Shown piece after piece: positions 8,526 to 16,681 of a DNA stretch of 37,976 nt (its first letter is position 1; each line of letters starts with the position of its first letter). This stretch comes from a virus. The stretch is taken from IMG/VR virus record IMGVR_UViG_3300005836_000015; one strand, given 5' to 3'. The position numbers and the translations under genes are program-made. The notes below the pieces were generated by a model. That model did no database searches and was not told where the DNA came from. It worked only from the letters and a program-made list of their open reading frames with translations.

Positions 8526-9164
8526 ATGAGCAACGACAACGACGCCAAAAACCTGGACCAGGTGCCCGGCAGTCTGGGTGCAACCGATCACCCCGAAGCT
8601 TCCACTCTGAAGCCGGAGCCCAAGGGCGCCTCGGTGGTCCAGTTGCACAACATGCAGGGCAAGGCCATCCGACGCGGCGTGGGCCGCCCCAAGAAGCCGG
8701 ACGAGACCACGGCGAAGGCCCTGGCGGACTACCACGAGGATCTGGCTCGGAGGCAGGTCGCCTACGTCGAGAGCGACCCTCTGGTGCAGGCCACCCATTC
8801 GCCGAAGGACTCGGCGGAGATGCTCCGGCTCATCCGTCAGAACCTCGCGCGAGTGCAGGCGACGCTCGATTTCCGCCGTATCGAGGACGAGAAGTTCGGC
8901 GGGAAGGAGTCGCGGGAGTTTCTCGGCAAGCAATCGCAGGCGCTCCGTGAGATCGCCGCCATCGAGCTGAAGATCAAGGAGATGGGGGTCCAGACCATCG
9001 ACCTGCGTGGTGAGGCCATGCAGAAGGTCTTCGCCCTGCTCGTGGGGAAGGTCCAGGCGGTGGCGGCCGACGTTCTCCCGAAGGCTCAGTTCGATCTGTT
9101 CTTCAATCGTCTGGAAACGGCGTTCGAAGGGTGGGAGGACGAAGCCGAACACGTGATTCGCTGA
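8526..9164 (+). CDS. Helical protein directly upstream of TerL; candidate terminase small subunit
   Basis: Position, size (212 aa), basic RRGVGRPKK (AT-hook-like) segment and coiled-coil C-terminus. Function inferred from synteny only. Confidence 0.35.
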   Translation: MSNDNDAKNLDQVPGSLGATDHPEASTLKPEPKGASVVQLHNMQGKAIRRGVGRPKKPDETTAKALADYHEDLARRQVAYVESDPLVQATHSPKDSAEMLRLIRQNLARVQATLDFRRIEDEKFGGKESREFLGKQSQALREIAAIELKIKEMGVQTIDLRGEAMQKVFALLVGKVQAVAADVLPKAQFDLFFNRLETAFEGWEDEAEHVIR

Positions 9165-9174
9165 GGAGGGTCTC

Positions 9175-12100
9175 TTGGCTGACAAGAAGCGCCCTCAACA
9201 TGGTGACATCGCGTCGATCGTTCGCCGGGCTGGACAAGCCGTCAAAGCTCTCGAAGGCGAGAACGTCGTTGCGACGGCTCAACCCAAGATTTTCTCGATC
9301 CTCGACTACATCGAGTCCGATTGGGGTCTTGCGACGAGGCTCTATCCGGCGCAGCGGTTCATCGTCAAGCTCTACTACAATCTCGAGCTAGACACGAAGC
9401 TGCCGGAAAACCCGCATCGACGGATCCGGATCAAGGATCCCTTCAGTGAACAGCAGCTCTACGAGTTCACGGAGCGCGAGTACCTTCACTTCCTCTTCAA
9501 CGAGGGTCGCTGCAACATCGGGGAGCAGGACCACGATCGTCGAGAACTGATCCTGGCTATCGGCCGGCGCGGGGGCAAATGCGTCGAGGAAGGCACCTTG
9601 GTGCCGACCGACCGAGGAATCTTCCGTGTCGAAGACTTGGGAGAAGCCCCCGAGGAAGGGTTCACGTCGATCCGGCTAGGGATCGCCCAAGAGGCCGGCC
9701 GACGGGCTGAAGCCCAAGCCTTCTACAACGGTGGCATCAAGCCCACCTACTTGCTGCGGACGCATGCGGGGTACGAAATCGGGGGCACTGCCAACCACCG
9801 CATCAAGGTGATGTCGGCGGCGGGGCGTGTGGAGTGGCGCTACTTGGACGAGATCCGGCCGGGGGACGTCGCAGCTATCAACCGACGGGCTGACCTTTGG
9901 GCCACTGACCTCCTCGATGTGACCCCGTACCACAACGAAGACGGGCGGAAGGAAATCGACCTACCGCAAGTCCTCGACGAGCGGCTGGGGAATCTCCTGG
10001 GATACCTCGTCGGCGATGGCACGTGGGGCGATGACCACGCCGTGGCCATCACGGTCGAGCATCCGGAGACCTGGGCGCATCTGCGTGATTTGTTCCGGGA
10101 GGTGTTTGGGGAACCTCGCATCCAAATGGACGAGCGTACCGCCAACACCGGGCGCCTGGAATTCTGTAGCGTGCGGGCCCGAAGATTCCTCGATGCCTTG
10201 GGGTGGAAGCTGGGGACGGAGCGGGATGCCAAGATGGTTCCGTGGGCGATCCTCCGCTCCCCCAAAAGGGTGGTCGGCGCTTTCCTTCGGGGCCTCTTCG
10301 AGACGGACGGCGGCGTTGAAGATGGGGGGCGGAAGGTCTCATTCTCGACGGCCAGTTCACGCCTCGCACAGGAGGTCCAAACTCTTCTTCTCAACTTCGG
10401 GATCGTTTCTCGGGTCCACAAGAAGTGGAACACCAAGACGCGAAGGCACTATGCGCACCTTCAACTGAAGGGCGTCCGATCGCGGCAAGTCTTTGCGGCA
10501 CTGGTCGGTTTCGATTCGGAAAAGAAGCGTGGACCCCTGCTGGCGGCTTTGGAGACCGCTCAGGAGGGTAAATCCGACACCGAGAGCATCCCTTGCCAGT
10601 GGGGACCCGCTCGTGACTGGCTGGAGTCGGTGCCGAAACGCAATCCGAGTCGGGGTGAATTCGGATGGGGTCGAAGCAAGCTTCGCGAGGCCCTCGGCAA
10701 CGTCCATAAGGGTGGCGGAGAAGACCTCACCTACAACAAAATCCGACGCGCTTTGGAGGTGGCCAAGGCACTTCCGGCGGGTCTTGCCGAGACTCAACAC
10801 TTCGAGGAGCTGCTGCGCCTCGACTACTTCTACGACCCGGTGGTCTCGGTCGAGGAACGGGAGTGTCAGGTCTATGACCTGACGGTGCCCGACGGAGAGT
10901 CGTTCGTGGCGAACGGGTTCACGAACCACAACACGACCCTCTCCGGCATCTTCGCCAGTTACGAGGTCTACAAGCTCCTCAACCTCTACAACCCTCAGCA
11001 CTACTACGGCTTGCCGAACGGCAACCGAATCCAGATCATCTCGGTTGCTACCGACAAGGATCAGGCTGGTCTGCTCTTCAATGAGGTGACCAGCCACCTG
11101 GCGAAGTGCAACTACTTCCAGCCGTACGTCGCGAACAACACCCTCAGCCACGTCAACTTCCGGACTCCGTACGACATCGAGAAGTACGGCCCGACGGCCC
11201 GGCAGGAGAACGGCAAGTTCGTCAGCTTCAACGGCAAGGCGACCCTCAGGGTTACCTTCAAGTCGTGCATTGCCAAGGGTCTCCGTGGCCCCGGCAACAT
11301 CGTCATCATCCTCGACGAGGTGGCTCACTTCGTCGACAAGGGCAACAGCTCGGCGGAGCAAATCTACGATGCCGTGACTCCATCGGCAGCGGCGTACTCG
11401 AGGAAAGATCCTGGTACGGGCATGCCTGCGGTGAGCTCTGACGGGACCGAAGCGCCTGTTGAGAGTCGCATCATCCTGATCAGTTCGCCCCTGGGAAAGA
11501 GCGGCAAGTTCTACGAGAAATTCGACCTTGCCATGCGTGGCGGCGAGGGGTCCGAGAACCTCCTGGCCATCCAGGCGCCGACTTGGGAGATCAACCCAAC
11601 GGTCCCGGCTTCGTACTTCCGTCAGAAGTACCACGAGAAGCCTGCGACCTTCATGGTGGAGTTCGGGGCGCAGTTCTCGGACCAGACCAAGGGTTGGATC
11701 GAGCGAGAGGTCGACCTCCTGGCGTGCGTCAACGAGGACCGCCGGCCGACCACGCGACCCATTCCCAAGACGCCCCACCAGATGGGCATCGACGTAGGTC
11801 TTGTCGAGGACGGGACCGCCATCTTCATCACGCATGTGGACCAAGGCAAGATCATCCTCGACTACCACGAGGTCTGGTATGCGGGGGTCGACTGGCGTGA
11901 ATCGAACCCGCATCTGACGGAGCCATCGACTCCCTACGCTCGGACGCTGGCCAACGTCGACCGCCTCGACTTCGACGAGATTGCGGTGTGGATCCAGGCG
12001 CTCAGCAAGCGGTTCCTGATCACGAAGGGCTTGTTCGACCGTTGGAACGGCATCCCGTTGGAGCAGAAGCTGCACAAGATGGGCCTGAAGCAGTTCACGG

Positions 12101-12531
12101 CCGAGTTCTTCACACGGGACATGTCGAGCAAAATCTACCAGTCGGCGAAGATGTTCCTCTACGACGAGCGCCTGGTGCTCTACGACTACCCCATCCCCAA
12201 GAGGGCCAAGGAGGGCACCACACGGCACTCCCCCTTCATCGCCGAACTACTCACGCTGCAAGCGAACCAGGTTTCGAAGAACGTCATCCTGGTGGCTGCC
12301 CCCAAGAAGCCCGGGGCTCACGACGACCAGTCGGATGCCTTTGTCCGGGCCGTTTGGCTTTCGACCGAGGTCATGCTCAACACGAAGTACGCTGCCCACG
12401 GGGGTGTGCAGCGTCCCCACGCTGCCCCGTCGATGACCCCGGGACGGTACCAACGAATGAAGGTACGAAAGCACGGCGTTGGGGACCGAGTGGCGCCCCG
12501 AGGCGGTCGCTCACTTGTACGATCACGTTGA
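9175..12531 (+). CDS. terL: Terminase large subunit containing an intein (about 667 aa after splicing)
   Basis: Walker A GRRGGK|TT split by the intein, Walker B IVIILDE, coupling motif ISSP, RNase H-like MGIDVG and HDDQSDA; TTG start with GAGGAGG SD. Confidence 0.9.
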   Translation: MADKKRPQHGDIASIVRRAGQAVKALEGENVVATAQPKIFSILDYIESDWGLATRLYPAQRFIVKLYYNLELDTKLPENPHRRIRIKDPFSEQQLYEFTEREYLHFLFNEGRCNIGEQDHDRRELILAIGRRGGKCVEEGTLVPTDRGIFRVEDLGEAPEEGFTSIRLGIAQEAGRRAEAQAFYNGGIKPTYLLRTHAGYEIGGTANHRIKVMSAAGRVEWRYLDEIRPGDVAAINRRADLWATDLLDVTPYHNEDGRKEIDLPQVLDERLGNLLGYLVGDGTWGDDHAVAITVEHPETWAHLRDLFREVFGEPRIQMDERTANTGRLEFCSVRARRFLDALGWKLGTERDAKMVPWAILRSPKRVVGAFLRGLFETDGGVEDGGRKVSFSTASSRLAQEVQTLLLNFGIVSRVHKKWNTKTRRHYAHLQLKGVRSRQVFAALVGFDSEKKRGPLLAALETAQEGKSDTESIPCQWGPARDWLESVPKRNPSRGEFGWGRSKLREALGNVHKGGGEDLTYNKIRRALEVAKALPAGLAETQHFEELLRLDYFYDPVVSVEERECQVYDLTVPDGESFVANGFTNHNTTLSGIFASYEVYKLLNLYNPQHYYGLPNGNRIQIISVATDKDQAGLLFNEVTSHLAKCNYFQPYVANNTLSHVNFRTPYDIEKYGPTARQENGKFVSFNGKATLRVTFKSCIAKGLRGPGNIVIILDEVAHFVDKGNSSAEQIYDAVTPSAAAYSRKDPGTGMPAVSSDGTEAPVESRIILISSPLGKSGKFYEKFDLAMRGGEGSENLLAIQAPTWEINPTVPASYFRQKYHEKPATFMVEFGAQFSDQTKGWIEREVDLLACVNEDRRPTTRPIPKTPHQMGIDVGLVEDGTAIFITHVDQGKIILDYHEVWYAGVDWRESNPHLTEPSTPYARTLANVDRLDFDEIAVWIQALSKRFLITKGLFDRWNGIPLEQKLHKMGLKQFTAEFFTRDMSSKIYQSAKMFLYDERLVLYDYPIPKRAKEGTTRHSPFIAELLTLQANQVSKNVILVAAPKKPGAHDDQSDAFVRAVWLSTEVMLNTKYAAHGGVQRPHAAPSMTPGRYQRMKVRKHGVGDRVAPRGGRSLVRSR
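9580..10932 (+). mobile_element. Intein with LAGLIDADG homing endonuclease (451 aa)
   Basis: Starts at C (CVEEGTLV), block B GTANH, LAGLIDADG-type LLGYLVGDGT and FLRGLFETDGG, ends VYDLTVPDGESFVANGFTNHN with +1 Thr. Confidence 0.92.
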
Positions 12532-12541
12532 GGAGGATGCC

Positions 12542-12787
12542 GTGGACGGGCCCAGCAAACTTCCTCTGGTCTTCGCGAACCGGGTCATCCGGCAGCTCGT
12601 GGACCATTTGCTGGGGGAACAGGTCATCATGACGCCGGAGGACTATCGGGCCATCCGCGTTGTATTCCGTTGGTGCAAGGGTTCTTGGGAGCAACTCGAG
12701 CTCGGAAACATCGTGCACAACCGGCTCCTCATCAAGATCATCTCGGCATGGGGTGAGAAGTCCAAGAAGGACGTGGAGCGGATCTGA
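12542..12787 (+). CDS. Hypothetical protein, 81 aa
   Basis: GTG at 12542 lies 5 nt after AGGAGG; fills the gap between terL and 12788. Confidence 0.6.
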   Translation: MDGPSKLPLVFANRVIRQLVDHLLGEQVIMTPEDYRAIRVVFRWCKGSWEQLELGNIVHNRLLIKIISAWGEKSKKDVERI

Positions 12788-13303
12788 ATGGAACTGCCCC
12801 GAAGCCGTGACTGCATCATCCTCATCAAGGGGGACGCCTATCCTGTCACCGTGAGCGATGAAATGGCGACGGGGGGCTGGCAGGGCGGTCAAGGCGTCCA
12901 GTGGGTTGCTTCCCCCAAGGATGAGTTCCTGGTCACCTACTCGGACGGCTTCTACGCTGGGTTCATGCTCTGGGGGTCGGACGAGTCCGCCGACCAGTAC
13001 ACGGCAATGACCCGAAACCAGCCGTTCTATCGGTTCGCGACGGTCGGTGCAGGGGGGTGGCACATCACCACGAGGAGCTACGAGAAGTACACCTACGCTT
13101 CTCGGCAATCAGGGCCCCTTGTTCCCATCGTCTACCATGCGAGCGATCGACTCGTGTTCAGCCTTCGAGGCTTCTGGACCACGGAAGATGAGTGGACCTT
13201 GGCCGGCGACCCTCGAGCACCCAACTCCTACTACATCGGGTTCGTGACGCAGGCGCCCTCTACGGCGACTGAAGACTTCATGGGGATCCAGGTGTCGATC
13301 TGA
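12788..13303 (+). CDS. Tandem paralogue 1; putative capsid decoration/cement-like protein
   Basis: Shares RDC..KGD, GW.GGQGVQW, WGS.ES.D, YTYASR and SLRG.WT.EDE with the next two ORFs; C-terminus resembles 24514. Confidence 0.55.
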   Translation: MELPRSRDCIILIKGDAYPVTVSDEMATGGWQGGQGVQWVASPKDEFLVTYSDGFYAGFMLWGSDESADQYTAMTRNQPFYRFATVGAGGWHITTRSYEKYTYASRQSGPLVPIVYHASDRLVFSLRGFWTTEDEWTLAGDPRAPNSYYIGFVTQAPSTATEDFMGIQVSI

Positions 13304-13830
13304 TGGCTTTCCCTCTCGTCTACCCCCGTGAACGCGACTGCTACGTCCTCTTCAAGGGAGACGCCTACGCAGTCGCCATTTCGCAGGCGATGCAGACCCA
13401 AGGGTGGCAAGGTGGCCAGGGCGTCCAGTGGGCCGATTCGACCAAAGACGAGTTCCTGGTCACCTACTCGGATGGTCTCTACGGCGGCTTCATGCTTTGG
13501 GGGTCGAACGAGAGCAGCGACCAGTATGCGGCCTTCACGGAGAACCAACCAACCTACGGGTTCGGGGTCCTCTGCGCTGGGGGCTGGCTCATCTCGACGA
13601 GGACCTTCGAGAGGTACACCTACGCCTCACGTCTATCGGGGCCCCTGGTCGAGCTGAGCTACATCGTCGGAGAACGCGTGCTCTTCTCTCTCCGGGGATT
13701 CTGGACCAAGGAAGACGAGTGGACGCTGAGCAGTGACCCCCGAGGCAGCAACGGCTTCTACATCGGCAGTGTCGTCCAGGCGCCGTCAGCGGCCAACGGG
13801 TACTACATCACGATCCAAACGAGCATCTGA
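13303..13830 (+). CDS. Tandem paralogue 2; putative capsid decoration/cement-like protein
   Basis: Same shared motifs as paralogue 1; TGATG overlap. Confidence 0.55.
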   Translation: MAFPLVYPRERDCYVLFKGDAYAVAISQAMQTQGWQGGQGVQWADSTKDEFLVTYSDGLYGGFMLWGSNESSDQYAAFTENQPTYGFGVLCAGGWLISTRTFERYTYASRLSGPLVELSYIVGERVLFSLRGFWTKEDEWTLSSDPRGSNGFYIGSVVQAPSAANGYYITIQTSI

Positions 13831-13833
13831 GCC

Positions 13834-14352
13834 ATGCCCGAGATTTTTCGTTCACGCGACTGCATCGTCTACTTCAAGGGGGACTCCCAAACGGTAGCGG
13901 TGTCTCAAGCGATGGTCGAGGGGGGCTGGCCCGGGGGCCAGGGCGTTCAGTGGGCGGATTCCAGCTCGGACGACCGCCTCGTGACCTACTCGTACGGGCT
14001 CTACGGAGGGTTTCTGGTTTGGGGGTCGGATGAGTCCGCCGACAAGCTCACGGCGATGACCCAGCAGCAGCCCTACTACCGTTACGCCACCATGCTGAGC
14101 GGAGGGTGCCTCATCTCGACGACGAGCTACGAGCACTACACCTACGCCTCTCGGACAGGCGGCGGGGGCCTCGTGCCCCTGGTCTACAACGTACAGGACA
14201 TCCTCTACCTGTCCTTGCGGGGCTTGTGGACCAAGGAGGACGAGCTGACCCTCTCCGGCAACGCCTTCGCTCCGTGCTTTTTCACGGGGTTCGTAGCTCA
14301 GGTGCCCAAGGCAAGTAACGGATACTTCATGGGAATCCAGACGAGCATGTAG
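13834..14352 (+). CDS. Tandem paralogue 3; putative capsid decoration/cement-like protein
   Basis: Same shared motifs; LVYNVQDILYLSLRGLWT is closest to LVYAAGDLLYASVNGLLT of 24514. Confidence 0.55.
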   Translation: MPEIFRSRDCIVYFKGDSQTVAVSQAMVEGGWPGGQGVQWADSSSDDRLVTYSYGLYGGFLVWGSDESADKLTAMTQQQPYYRYATMLSGGCLISTTSYEHYTYASRTGGGGLVPLVYNVQDILYLSLRGLWTKEDELTLSGNAFAPCFFTGFVAQVPKASNGYFMGIQTSM

Positions 14353-14402
14353 GTCGTCGGGATCGCTAAACAATTTGTGCAATGCGCGGTTAGAGCACCC
14401 TC

Positions 14403-14873
14403 ATGCCGCCCGCACCCGCTGTCCGCCAAGCCCAGGGTCTGACCCGTGAGGCGGAGCTACGTCAGCGGCAGGTACAGCAAATCGATGTCTTGGTCGAGAA
14501 GATCCATCGGATCCGGCAGGGCATCGACGAGCAAGTCGCTCAGCTCCTCGAAGCCTCGTCGGAGCTGAGGACGGTGTGCCGACGGAACTATGACGAGGCG
14601 TCCTCGAGCTATCTCGTTTTTGCGAATTCCCACCTTCGTCTCGCCGGAGCCCTCTCTCAGGGGATTCGTCGAACCGGGTCGATGGACCGCTTTCTTCAGA
14701 AGGCGGCCCATGAGCGTGAAGAGGCCAAGCTCTTGGAGGAGAAGCTTCGTCAACAGCGGGAAGCTCGAGAGCAGGCTCGGATGCAGGCAGAAGCGGTTCA
14801 ACAGCTTCAGCTCCCAACCGAAGATGACTTCGACGAGTTGTACGGGGAGATCCTGAACGATGCCTCCGAGTGA
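14403..14873 (+). CDS. Coiled-coil hypothetical protein upstream of portal
   Basis: 156 aa, Q/E/R-rich heptads; overlaps the portal start. Confidence 0.6.
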   Translation: MPPAPAVRQAQGLTREAELRQRQVQQIDVLVEKIHRIRQGIDEQVAQLLEASSELRTVCRRNYDEASSSYLVFANSHLRLAGALSQGIRRTGSMDRFLQKAAHEREEAKLLEEKLRQQREAREQARMQAEAVQQLQLPTEDDFDELYGEILNDASE

Positions 14874-16650
14874 CTATTTCACCAACGTGCCGGGTGGGGG
14901 GCAGTACCTCGTTCGAACCAGGGTTCATCAACCCTACATCTCGAAGCCGTTCTCGAACCTCACGTACAAGGAACGCCTCGCCCGGCAGCAGCTCAAGACG
15001 GGGAACATCGGGGGTGGGGAGTTCGGTAGCGGCAATACGGTCCTCAGCCAGCAGGGCAACTTCTTCAGCCCGCAGCTCTCGACCGACTTCCTTGAGCTGC
15101 CGCAGTCGCTTCGTGAGAAGCGCGAGATTTATCGGCACTTCTACAACAGCGACGAGCTCGTCGGTCAGGCGATCGACATCCACACGGAGCTCCCTCTTTC
15201 GAAGGTTCGCCTCGCTCCCCCGAAGCCTCGGCAGGCCCCCAAGGGGTTCAAGAGCCCCGACGACTACGGCAAGTACATCCTCAGCCGGTTCAAGCAGATG
15301 ACGGATCGGATCAAGCTCTTCCAGCGCTTGATCACGATGGTCCACCACTACTGGCTCGATGGAACGTGTGCAGTCTTCGCCGAGGACAGCACCGTCGACG
15401 TTCCCCAGGACATCGGGTTCGATCGCAAGGTCGAGCGGAAGTCCGTGCTCAACGACGACGGGTCTCCCAGTGAACGGGACGAAGAGAAGTGGGTCGAGCG
15501 GGACACTCGTGAAAACGAGGAGATGGCCTACTACCAGAAGCACTACCGAGGCTGGGAGCGCCTCATTGTCCTGCCCATCGATCGGGTGAAGATCACGACC
15601 TTCTCGTTCACGGACAAGGCCAGGGTCGAGCTGATCCCTTCGGACCGCGACCGGACGCTCATGGAGCGGGCGAAGCAAGGGGACCCGATTGCCCAGGAGA
15701 TGGTCGCCGAGATGCCCGCCGAAGTGCGGGACTACATGGAGCAGAGGCAGCTCATCCCGCTCGGCACCGACCCCGACGAAGGGTCCTTCGTGTTCCTCCT
15801 TCATGGCCGCAAGGGTGCCGACGACGAGCTCGGGCACTCGATCCTCGAGAGGTGCCTCCGGACGCTGTACTACCGCGAGAAGCTCCGGCAGGCGCAGACC
15901 TCGATCGCCAGCCGGGCCATGACTCCGAAGCGAATCGTCTGGGCGGAGGGGCTCAGCGATGCAGATGTGGAAGCGCTGAGGGAACAGGTCGATCTGGCCC
16001 TCGTGGACCCGGACTACTCGATCGTCACAAACTACGAGGTCCACTGGGAGGAAATGGGATCTCGGGATCGCCTCCTCGACCTCTCGACGGAATACGAGCA
16101 GACGGAACGCCGGCTCCTTGCTGGTCTTGGCGTGACCGAGAGCCTCATGAGCGGCGAGGCCCTCTACTCGGCGGACCGGCTGAAGCTCGAAGTCATCAAC
16201 AACCGGTACATCCACCTCCGGGAGATCATCCAGGAGTACGTCGAGGAGTGCCTGTTCAAGCCTGTGGCCAAGCGGATGGGCTTCGTCGAGAAGGACGAGT
16301 GGGGCCAGGAAGTCGTCCTGTTCCCGCGTCTCAGCTTCACTCGCCTCCCGCTTCGGGACAGCCAGGACACCTTCGATGCCCTGTTGAACCTCTACCAGAA
16401 GGGTTCGATCAGCATCGACCTCATCCTCGAGACGCTCAACATCGACCCGGACGACACCCGGTCGAAGATCGAGCGGGACATGTTCACGGTCAACGACGCC
16501 CTCTTCAACGAGGTTCTCCGGTCGGTTTACGCCGAGGCGGGTCGTGTGATCGCGGAGAAGACCAACGTGGTCGAGAAGCTCGCCAAGTACCTGGAGCTCA
16601 AGCTGAAGCCCGAACCGGCCGAGGGTGAGGGCGGCGGTCGATTCGGTTGA
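14860..16650 (+). CDS. Portal protein
   Basis: 596 aa between TerL and protease/MCP. Portal-like motifs RHFYNSDELVGQAIDIHTELPLS, GHSILERCLRTL and LAGLGVTESLMSGE. Confidence 0.75.
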   Translation: MPPSDYFTNVPGGGQYLVRTRVHQPYISKPFSNLTYKERLARQQLKTGNIGGGEFGSGNTVLSQQGNFFSPQLSTDFLELPQSLREKREIYRHFYNSDELVGQAIDIHTELPLSKVRLAPPKPRQAPKGFKSPDDYGKYILSRFKQMTDRIKLFQRLITMVHHYWLDGTCAVFAEDSTVDVPQDIGFDRKVERKSVLNDDGSPSERDEEKWVERDTRENEEMAYYQKHYRGWERLIVLPIDRVKITTFSFTDKARVELIPSDRDRTLMERAKQGDPIAQEMVAEMPAEVRDYMEQRQLIPLGTDPDEGSFVFLLHGRKGADDELGHSILERCLRTLYYREKLRQAQTSIASRAMTPKRIVWAEGLSDADVEALREQVDLALVDPDYSIVTNYEVHWEEMGSRDRLLDLSTEYEQTERRLLAGLGVTESLMSGEALYSADRLKLEVINNRYIHLREIIQEYVEECLFKPVAKRMGFVEKDEWGQEVVLFPRLSFTRLPLRDSQDTFDALLNLYQKGSISIDLILETLNIDPDDTRSKIERDMFTVNDALFNEVLRSVYAEAGRVIAEKTNVVEKLAKYLELKLKPEPAEGEGGGRFG

Positions 16651-16681
16651 GCTTCTAGCTATTGCTTCGCGTTGGGTGGCA

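Noticed and set aside
12488-12505. RVAPRG at the TerL C-terminus and RVAAVM in the SWIM protein as additional RVA tags
   Set aside because: Both lack the terminal aromatic residue, so they were not counted.
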